Source: Geosiphon pyriformis uo1
Lineage: Eukaryota; Fungi; Glomeromycota
Length of the DNA: 64,000 bases
Assembly: GCA_016748015.1 (NCBI GenBank)
Contig: JAAOMT010000073.1
Location: 118,393 to 182,392, forward strand
Direction: 5' to 3'
Position 1 is the stretch's first letter, and the number at the start of each line of letters is the position of its first letter. The notes beneath the pieces are model-generated. The model saw nothing but the letters and a program-made list of their open reading frames with translations, was not told the DNA's origin and made no database searches. Both the position numbers and the translations under genes were made by a program. Below are positions 54,257 through 64,000 of this stretch, in pieces.

Positions 54257-56527
54257 TTTACTCGTGGGTTCAGTTCTTCCATTTTAGCTAGCGTGTTTTT
54301 TCATAAATTTTTACTTTCTTTTGAATCTTGTCTTTTTGTTCTAATTAATTGATGACCCAATAGAATTTGCAACAAGTATTTAAACTGTACATAATCTTAT
54401 TTTGTTTAGTTTCTTTAACAGTTAAGGCTAAATTAATTAGCATCCAATCAATATTTTTTATTATAAAATCAATAAACAAATAAATAAAATATTTTTAATT
54501 CATATAAACAAATGTTGAATCAATGATCATAATATTATTATAATAATAATGAAGTAAGAAGGAATATTTTACCTTATGAGACAAAAATATTTTTTGTCCC
54601 TTAACCAGTCTACAAAGTTGAATCGATTGTTATGAAACCTCTATTTATAACTTTTTAGGTTTTCTATTAAAAAGTTTCATTCCATTAGAATTTGCAGAGG
54701 TAAATTTCTCCTATCCCATAGAATAAGTTGATAAAACTACAATTTATCGGCTCTATTACCAATTTGTAATTCATTGTCTCTTTAATTTGAGATCATGTGA
54801 TGAAAACTTGTGCGAAGCTAAGGTCTATCACTAACGCGAAAATTTTACAGAAGAAATTGGGTAGCCTGAAACGGTGAGAATGCTAACCAATTTTTATAAT
54901 TTTGGAACAATACTAAAAATAGCTTTGTAATGTGAGATAAGGTATAACGTGACATTGTAATTCATCATGCCAAGCTTGCATGATTAATTAATAATTGGTA
55001 ATTTGATTAACAATAAGTAATAAATTAACAATTTTGAATAATTAAATAATAATAATAATAATTCACCATATAATATAGATTTAAATAAATACAGGTCAAC
55101 TTTTAGCCTAAAAAAATTAGTATTGAAAAAAAATAGTTTTTTCTTTTATTTTTTATTTTTGTAATTTTTATCTTATTTTACTTTTTTATTATTAATAAAC
55201 TGTATAATAGTATTATTAATATTACTAGTTTTTTTTTTAATTTTTAAAAATAAAATAAAAACTTTTAAATAGTAATTATTTAAATAATAATTATCGTATT
55301 TTAAATTAGTTATTATATTAACTTTGAAGTATTTAGCTATTATGTTAATTATTATTATTATTATTATTATTATTGTTGTTGTTGTTGTTATTGTTGTTTT
55401 TGTTATTGGTTTATTTGTTTAATTTCATAATATTTTGAGTTATTAATTGGTTAATTAAAAACATTCAAAAACTAGTTAATCAAGTAATAATAAATATATT
55501 TTATATAAACAATATTTTTATTTTGGTTATATAGTTTTATAATGTAATAATAATATTAATAATAATAATATATTTTATACAATTTTTTATGGTTTTTTAA
55601 TAAAAGCTAATTAATTCGTAAAAATAATAAAATTTTATTTAATATTTTCGTAAAAACTAAAATTTATTAAGCAAAAGTAAAATTAAAAAATTATAATACT
55701 TTTGTTACAATTTTTTTAATAATTTATTAAAAAGTAGTTTTTTTATACGATATATTTCATAATTAAATATGAATTAAATATTTTTTTTACATATGAATAA
55801 TTATTTAAAAATCATATTTTATCTTGGAAATCAAAATATATTACTTACAGATTATAAATAAAACTTTTTAAAAAATAATTTACAATTGTCTTATTTGGAT
55901 TTGACAATAATTTTGAAGTAAGTTTTGTCCAATAAGATTATGTTTTGAATAAGATTATACAAAAAAACTAGTATTTTTAATGACTCAAGTTCATTGGATA
56001 AAAATAAAAGTAATTTTGTAAAAACTTTTGGCAGCTGTAAATTTTGAAAAAAGAAAAAGTTATAAGTAAAGCAAGATCCTTCAATTTGAAACAGTCTTGA
56101 GATATTTTTTGACTTGGAGAAAAATAATGTAATAAAAGCTATCATTTTATAAAAGGTTTTGCTATTTATATAAGTTAAAATAGAAATTCTGAGAAAAAAA
56201 TCGATTTTAAAGTATTAGTAGTATTTTCTTGAATCAGTTTGAATTGAATTATTCTCTGTATTTTTCCATTTCATTTTAAATGGCTACATTTAAGCCTTTC
56301 TTAGATTTCGAAACAATAAATTCTAATTTCTTTAAAAAAAAAAGTTAAATTTCCAAATTTAATTAATAGCTCAAGGAGATGGCCATATATAATATGGTAA
56401 CGCATAATAAAATAATTACAAAGTATGAAAAATAGTTTTGGGTTCTGTAAAAAAAAAGTTTTCATTTCTTAATAATGTGCCATGTTTCTAATTACGAAAT
56501 ATCCTAAAAAAACAAAAGTTATTAAAC

Positions 56528-58287
56528 TTACATGTTTTGAGACTTAGACTCAATCTTTAGGTGACTGATATTCGGCAGAATACCCACATACTTCCAATCC
56601 AATACATCTAAGTGGTGTTTTAATAAGGGCTTCTCTTCACCAGTTGGTAGTATTCTAGCCGTTGTCAATGAAGACGATGATGGTAATTGAGAAATTGCAT
56701 TATTAATAGAAGTGAGGCGTTGGATGAATGCTGCAACTCGTTCCATTGATATTTGAGTAGGCCTGGTAGAAAAAAGCTTTTTGGAATGTGAAAGAGGAAC
56801 TTGAGAAATTTTTGGAACTTGCGATTGAAAAAATCCACAATATAAATTACCTGCCAAACATGACACATATCATCGTAGACTTCTAATATGGTTTTTGTTG
56901 GGGTTTGAAAAGGTGACCTCTCAAAATCTCGGGTTGCATATTCGGGGAATTGATACTTTGCAGGATTTGATGCTTTAAAGCTAAAATAAATTATTTCGTC
57001 ACGTAATCGCTCGCCATCCCCTGCTTGCTGATTAAATAAATGATAAATTTTTAAATTAAACTACCCAAAATTAGGAGGAAAAAAATCTTCAATTCAATTT
57101 TAACTAGACATACCAAAAGCATCGGCGGCAAACCTCCTAAACTTTCGGCTAGCAACGGACTGACGTATGGAATAGCCAGCGCCTCATTTGGTGCATAAAG
57201 TTGAATTCTTTCTTCACGTTTCAATGATTCTTCGATAACATAAGAAAGCTTGAAATTTTTAACTTTTGCTGAAAAGGCTTTTGCCCGCTGTTCATATTTT
57301 TCCAACAGTGGTGATGGCGGATGCGAAAAAATTGTCCTGGGAATGTAATCTGTTTCATCGAAATCCTCACTAACAATTGATGGCATGCTGTGTGTGAGGT
57401 CTACCCAAGGTGACTAAATTAATAGAAATATAGCAATTACTTATATTAGATAAAAAAATTATTAACAAGTATAAGTCTAATGAAAACTCACAAAACCGAT
57501 CACCCCAGCTGGCATTGGTAATCCAGCATCACGAAGCACTAAAACCATAGCTAAAGACAAGCCACCTCCAGCACTATCACCAGCAATCACAATTTGTGAT
57601 GGATGAAAAGCTTGGTAATCTGAATCTTCTGGTGGGTCGAGCAAATACATGTATGCTGCCATTGCGTCATGGAGTGCTGCTGGGAATTCATGTTGTGGAG
57701 CCAGACGATAATTCACCGCTACAATCGATCAACGGAGATTAATTAACTGCCAAGGAAAATTAAGAAAGAATTTTCTTACCTAAAACTCTTGAACCAGAAG
57801 CCTGGGCAAGCCTATACGTACATCCTCTCACCAACTGAGAACTGCACAAGTAATAGCCACCACCATGTAAATAAAGAATAACAGATTGACGTTTTTCCTG
57901 ATTAAAAAATTCATCATCTTTCATATAAATCCATTCAGACTCGATGCCATTATCATCATAATACGCCTTCCAAGATTCATCCAACACTTGTTCATATGGC
58001 TTTAATATCTTGTCCAATGGTACTTTTGCTTTATCACGATATGTATTAGGTATAATTACTGGATTGATACAAACATTTGAGGGAGTGGGGGGAGGAACTG
58101 AGGTAAGTATTTGAGCTTCCTCGATTGTTTTCTCTATAATATCACTGAAAAAAGATTTCATGAACATGAAAGAGAGATGGAATCTCAAATCCCATGATGG
58201 TTGCGGTGGACCTTCATAATAATGTTTTATGACAGTTCTTACAAAGAGTTGGCTTTTTGAGAGCGTATATATTATCCTATTGTCCAT
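56528..58287 (-). CDS. Alpha/beta hydrolase fold-3 (HSL family) esterase/lipase, about 5 exons
   Basis: LYLHGGGY oxyanion motif, NYRLAPQHEFPAALHDA, GDSAGGGL nucleophile, SPWVDLTHS, YVSPL, GLPPMLL, GDGERLRDE and YDDMCHVWQ. Probable start MDNRII at 58287. Confidence 0.92.
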
Positions 58288-59934
58288 TTTGAAAGGTGAT
58301 GCAAAAAGTGAAAGGTTTGCTCTTACCGAACGTTCATTACAATTGCCCATTTTATTCAAATCTCATGCTCCTTTGTCAAACAAAATATTTATATTTAACT
58401 CGTTTTTCAAGAGATTAGAAATAATCGGCTAAATTTTGGCTTCAAAAGAACATAGTTCCTTCCAATTACAGTGAATTTGCCCTAAACAAGATTGGGAAAG
58501 TCATTTGGTGAGTAGATAACAGTAAAAAGATAAATTGATCAAAAAAGTTTTGATCGATAAGCCTTGGTTTGTTAGATAAAACCGGCTTTCAGAGTAATCA
58601 ATATCTGGACGGCTGTAATGCATTGATTATGATCAATATAATTTTAACCTATAAGAGAAAACCCGCTAGCGCTAGAACGAACCATGATGGCACGGAAAAT
58701 TGAAACCATGTGAAAACATAAATATTGTGAAGATCGTGCAAAATAAAATTGAAATTTATCATATTTTCCAAGCATCATTTATTCTGGATTTTTATATTTT
58801 ACTAGATTATAATTTTCAACCTTACCAAGCCAACTCTCATAATAATATTTATTTATCAACAATATGAATTTGTGTCATATAATTTTCAATTTTCCATATT
58901 TTGAGATATGCACTCTAAAATAAAGCTTGATAATGCTCATTATTTTTTTTAGTAGTCATATATAACTTCATTTCGTAACCAGAAACCCGTTTGAGACAAT
59001 CATACATTCTTGAGATTCAAACTTGATTTGAACGAAAATTTATTATAAATGATTTTGAAAACATTTCTCTCATTTGATTATAGTTAAAAATTATTGCAAT
59101 TTTTCAAAATAATGATTATTTTTAAAACTTATTAAAATGCAACTCTGAGATTTTTTCTAAAAGAATTTATATAAAAAGAAAGTTTTTATAATATCGGTGT
59201 GCTGCAACAAAACCGGATGTCGTCTTGAAATTTTTTTTAGCTTTCGGTATCAACAACAATCGACGCGCCGTTCAGTTCTATACACAAGATTTTGTGAGTA
59301 CTAAATGTGCGTCAGGTCTGTTTTTGCTTCTATTACTGCGTTTTTTATGCTCATTGTTATTCTATTGATCCTGACTTTTCTTTTACATTTTTTCTAACCA
59401 GGATTTTTCACAATCAGCCAAGGTAGGTTTTTCTTTCTTTTTGTTTTTTGATATGGACATTTCACTCGTTCCGATCCAAATTATCGCATTCCTTCCAGCT
59501 AATTCAAGATCCCACAATGGAATATGCTCAGTTTCTGAATGAATGCGATGCGGAGCCATTCGAACAGAAACAAGATTCATACGTAAGCATCTTTTTGTCA
59601 GAAAATATATAGGTGAGGCAAATAATGACGTGACGGAGACCTACTCGGTTCTCGGTCATTCAAGGCTGATCGCTGAGCCAGTGTTGGGGCACAGATGACC
59701 TGCTCGGGTTGTCTATTGTTCAAGGCTACTTGCCGATCCGATGGTATTGGGAATCGTAGGGTGAACCAGAGGCATGTTAATTGAGAAATAGTACAAATAT
59801 TTTTTAAGATTCTTATACGGACAAAATATTACACGGTCAAAAATTATACAGCTAATTGTGTAACAAACTATGCAATTTTTCCACTATATTTAATATCAAT
59901 TTGTATTCCTCGCAAGAAACCAATGATTTAAGTA

Positions 59935-60470
59935 TAAAATTAGAAGAAAATGGCTTGCATGTGCAATAGAAAAATGGTATTAGACTATAAATGACTGGAA
60001 AAAGGTATTCTGAACAAAAGAGTCTACTTTTCCTCAAAAAGTTTGGGTGGGGCGTAAACCAGGGAAAGAATTTCATGAAGATTATATTAAATCTTCCATG
60101 AAACATTCTCTTCAAAGACTGTTTTGAACAGACTTTTCTTTTTTAAAATTAAGTCCCATTATTCAACTTATAGGTTCAACAACTGGAAAAAGTGTATCAA
60201 GATTTATTTGCCATCCATACAATTCCTACTTTCAAAGCATAATAAGCAAAAATTTATTTTCCAAGAGGAACGATATACCTGTTCAGAAAGCAATAATTGC
60301 ACAAAATTTCTTACTTTCTCAAAATGTTCAAGCGCTCTTGATCTCGATACAATTGAGAAGATATGGGCTATTTTTGAAATAACACTTCGAAACTTTATCT
60401 TCAAATCTCAAGTATTCATAAACTTGATACGATCAATGCCAGATCGAATTCAACCCAGTAATTGGTGCTA
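59935..60470 (+). pseudogene. Tc1/mariner (DDE) transposase remnant
   Basis: Fragments in the expected order, broken by frameshifts and stops: RRKWLACA...DWKKVF*TKESTF (WxxVxWSDESxF), FIFQE (FQQDNA), DLDTIEKIWA (SPDLNPIENxW), NLIRSMPDRIQ.VIGA (LxxSMPxRxxAVI). Confidence 0.75.
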
Positions 60471-61326
60471 ATAATAAATATTAGCTAATTTTAAAATAAA
60501 TAAATTTCTAAGTATACAATATTTTTGTCATATCCAGATACCAGAATGTTCAGCCTGATTGCAAACTTGCCAAAAATTTGGAGCAAGGGATGGAAAACAA
60601 AAACAATGAGAAGCAGATTTTCAATATATTTCCAAAATTTAACATTTTTAAGAAGCAGCATTGAAGCTATCAACTATGAAACTTATTTGCAAAATACTCA
60701 TGAGCAAGATACTCAGTTTCGAGAAAAGAAAAAATTGTATAAGAAGGTCAGTTTTAACTTCAAATGACATCAACAAATTTTTAGTATCATTAATGGTTTT
60801 TTAACAAAGTTGAGACTAATTGTATTAGGTTTAAAAAAATGATGCTAACACCAAGTCTATTTTAAGCTAATTTCATATTTTATTGAATATTTTCTTTTAA
60901 AAATTTGCAGATTTATTTACTTATTATGTAATGAACACAAAGGAAATTTTATAACCAAAAAAAAGATGATAACTATTTTAGGAGATAAATTTGGCGTATT
61001 TGCTCATAGAATAATTGTAGAAAATTTTATTTTTTACAAAATATAAGAATTTGAACTTTTATAATTATAAATTGTTGTCTTTGTTTTGTTAGACAATATT
61101 GGTCTTGTTATAACTTGATAAAAAATTAATAATAAAATTAATATTGATATTTGCTCAAAGTTAATTTTATGTTTGTTTTTTTATATTAAACATAAATTAC
61201 GACCACTATTAAGCTTTAAAATGATCTAAAAACAATTTTTATTGACCAAAGAGTGAACTTTATAATTTCAAAAAACTTTATAATGCAAAATAAGTCAATT
61301 CTATAATTTTTTTAATACAAACAAAA

Positions 61327-61432
<106 letters not shown>

Positions 61433-62004
61433 AATATAAAGTTTAATATAATAAACATAAATACTTTTAATAATTAAACTTTTTTATCAATATTTGGTGT
61501 TAAATGTAAATAGTATTTTTTACTAAATATAGAGTACTATTGAGTAATTTTGGAATGATCAGAAATCAAAGCAGTTTTGATTGTTTTCTAAAATATCTTT
61601 GTTCAGAATTTTCTTTTTAAAATGTTGCCATTTTATCAAAATTTTGTATTAATCTTCTAATAATAAGAATTCCGGCATTGGATTTAAGAAACAAAAAATG
61701 GTCATAAATTTTAAGTAAAACCGGCATTTTCACACGGAGTTGGTGTTTTTCATTCGCCTTCCAATCAACTCTCCTTTATTCAATAAATTAGATAATCTAA
61801 CCAGCAATGATTAGTCACAATTACTATATTTACATCAACTGATCCTAAATTTAAGGAAATACCCGAAATCTCAACTAGGAATAAGGGATTAAAATAGCTT
61901 AAAATTAGTTCTTTATTTAGTAAGCAACTTTTTATTTTTTAGGAATCTTATTTTCTGATAAGGGTTTAACTCCTCATAGAATTTGGGCAAGAAAAGATTA
62001 TAAT

Positions 62005-62206
62005 NNNNNNNNNNNNNNNNNNNNNNNNNNNNNNNNNNNNNNNNNNNNNNNNNNNNNNNNNNNNNNNNNNNNNNNNNNNNNNNNNNNNNNNNNNNNNNNN
62101 NNNNNNNNNNNNNNNNNNNNNNNNNNNNNNNNNNNNNNNNNNNNNNNNNNNNNNNNNNNNNNNNNNNNNNNNNNNNNNNNNNNNNNNNNNNNNNNNNNNN
62201 NNNNNN
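62005..62206. other. Assembly gap (N run)
   Basis: Run of n bases. Confidence 1.
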
Positions 62207-62315
62207 TAAGCTTAAATTTCAATGTGATTGAGAGTAAATTCTAAATTTAGTGGTTTACAAGAAATCTAATGGTCAAAGAAATAAGGATGCTAAATTGACT
62301 ATGAAGTCGAATGAG

Positions 62316-62322
62316 TATAAAA
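62316..62322 (+). promoter_or_regulatory. Candidate TATA box for the 62445 gene
   Basis: TATAAAA about 130 bp upstream of the ATG. As at 53137, a TCTCGC follows shortly downstream. Confidence 0.3.
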
Positions 62323-62444
62323 TAACATCTCGCTGGAGCCTTCCAAAAATTTTATCTCAAAAATACAAAGCTTTCATCTTATAAAGCAAAAAAAAACTCT
62401 TTAGAAAAAATAAAAACTTCGCAAAATCATATAACCAATTAAAA

Positions 62445-63749
62445 ATGTCTCGAGCAAGCATATGTCTCACTATCTTCCTAGCTTCATATTTAGCCGTTGC
62501 ATATCCAACTATCGAAAAAAGAGGAAGCTCTAACGGAAATAACAATGGCAATGGAAATATCGGAGACTTTAACGGAAACAACAATGGTAACAACAATGTT
62601 GGAGACTTTAACGGAAACTATAATGGTAACAACAATTTTGGAGACTTTAACGGAAACAATAATGGTAACAACAATATTGGGGAGTTTAACGGAAACTATA
62701 ATGGTAACAACAATGTGGGAGACTTGGGATTCTTCGATGGACAAATAAGACCATATAATTATTATGAATTGCCGTTTTTGGAAGGAGCTTTTGTTAAACG
62801 TGGAAATAACGGAAATAACAATGGAAACAATAACCGAGGGTCTAATAATGGAAACGGCAACGGAAACAATAACCGAGGGTCTAATAATGGAAACGGCAAT
62901 GGAAACAATAACCGAGGGTCTAATAATGGCAACAATAATGGAAACAATAATGTTGGATCTAATAACGGAAACAATAACGGTAACAATAACAGAGGGTCTA
63001 ATAACGGAAACAATAATGGAAACAATAACAGAGGGTTTAACAACGGAAACGGCAATGGAAACAATAATATAAAACGTGGAAATAATGGAAACGGCAACGG
63101 AAACAATAATGTTGGATCTAATAACGGAAACGGCAATGGAAACAATAACCGAGGGTCTAATAATGGAAATGGCAACGGAAACAATAACCGAGGGTCTAAT
63201 AATGGAAACGGCAATGGAAACAATAACAGAGGGTCTAATAATGGAAATGGCAACGGAAACAATAACAGAGGGTCTAATAACGGAAACAATAATGGAAACA
63301 ATAACCGAGGGTCTAATAACGGAAACGGCAATGGAAACAATAATGTAAAACGTGGAAATAATGGAAACGGCAATGGAAACAATAATGTTGGATCTAATAA
63401 CGGAAACAATAACGGAAACAATAACCGAGGGTCTAATAATGGAAACGGCAATGGAAACAATAACCGAGGGTCTAATAATGGAAACGGCAACGGAAACAAT
63501 AACCGAGGGTCTAATAACGGAAACGGCAATGGAAACAATAACCGAGGGTCTAATAATGGAAACGGCAATGGAAACAATAATGTTGGGTCTAATAATGGAA
63601 ACAATAACGGAAACAATAACAGAGGGTCTAATAATGGAAACAATAACGGAAACAATAACCGTGGGTCTAATAACGGAAACAATAATGGAAACAATAACAG
63701 AGGGTCTAATAACGGAAACAATAATGGAAACAATAACCGTAAACTTTAA
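62445..63749 (+). CDS. Secreted Asn/Gly-repeat precursor B, Kex2-processed repeat protein (KEP)-like, 434 aa
   Basis: Signal peptide MSRASICLTIFLASYLAVA, YPTIEKR, then four KR-delimited segments of 93, 92, 92 and 131 aa holding 5, 7, 7 and 10 copies of the 12-13 aa unit GxxNGxxNGxxNx. Synonymous AAT/AAC and GGA/GGC/GGT variation between units. Confidence 0.9.
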   Translation: MSRASICLTIFLASYLAVAYPTIEKRGSSNGNNNGNGNIGDFNGNNNGNNNVGDFNGNYNGNNNFGDFNGNNNGNNNIGEFNGNYNGNNNVGDLGFFDGQIRPYNYYELPFLEGAFVKRGNNGNNNGNNNRGSNNGNGNGNNNRGSNNGNGNGNNNRGSNNGNNNGNNNVGSNNGNNNGNNNRGSNNGNNNGNNNRGFNNGNGNGNNNIKRGNNGNGNGNNNVGSNNGNGNGNNNRGSNNGNGNGNNNRGSNNGNGNGNNNRGSNNGNGNGNNNRGSNNGNNNGNNNRGSNNGNGNGNNNVKRGNNGNGNGNNNVGSNNGNNNGNNNRGSNNGNGNGNNNRGSNNGNGNGNNNRGSNNGNGNGNNNRGSNNGNGNGNNNVGSNNGNNNGNNNRGSNNGNNNGNNNRGSNNGNNNGNNNRGSNNGNNNGNNNRKL

Positions 63750-64000
63750 CGGAAATGATAGCTAAGCTAAAAATGAAAATGAAAATAAAAAACATTTAGT
63801 GATGCCAAAGAAATTAGATTTTGTAAACTTTTTGCATCTTACTATACTATTTATTTTCATTTCATAGGTAGCTCTCAATAAATTTTAAATTTATATTCAA
63901 CATTTAAATATACATTTTTTGAGAATTCGAATATAGAGATTTTTTTAGCATTCGATTTTCACAGACAATTAAATAAAAATAAAAAAACTGCATTTATTTG

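Noticed and set aside
61998-62222. ORF of X residues
   Set aside because: Artefact of the N gap.
62797-63749. CRISPR-like array or bacterial ice-nucleation repeat
   Set aside because: No unique spacers or cas genes, eukaryotic context, and no AGYGSTxT 16-mer of InaZ-type proteins.
63738-63749. C-terminal RKL of protein B as a peroxisomal signal
   Set aside because: Non-canonical PTS1, and the protein has an N-terminal secretion signal.
62490-63765. Alternate-frame and antisense ORFs over gene B (ETITET..., FPLLDP...)
   Set aside because: Shadows of the 39-bp repeat; only the Asn/Gly frame has a signal peptide and synonymous variation.

Overview
Eukaryotic fungal genomic DNA with a strongly bimodal composition. 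Intron-containing genes of moderate GC sit between extremely AT-rich blocks that are decayed retroelements. The short GT-AG introns, MATA-type HMG-box gene and very low GC suggest an early-diverging fungus, most plausibly Glomeromycotina (inference, not verified). Genes read by hand: syntaxin-18/Ufe1-like SNARE, ADE2, a 14-TMS MFS transporter, a 3-exon secreted Cys-rich protein absent from the ORF track, a VOC/glyoxalase protein, an HTH-domain protein, a zf-GRF protein, a 16-exon cytochrome P450, an HMG-box protein, an HSL-family esterase, and two related secreted Asn/Gly-rich proteins. The last two are built from a 13-residue GxxNGxxNGxxNx repeat punctuated by Kex2-type KR sites. Mobile DNA: two copies of a Ty3/Gypsy family (one with both LTRs), several LINE-like remnants and a Tc1/mariner fragment. 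Main points of interest: (1) the Asn/Gly repeat precursor family, (2) pervasive C>T/G>A hypermutation of retroelements that includes non-CpG sites, (3) the unannotated Cys-rich secreted protein. All exon boundaries and alignments were made by eye.
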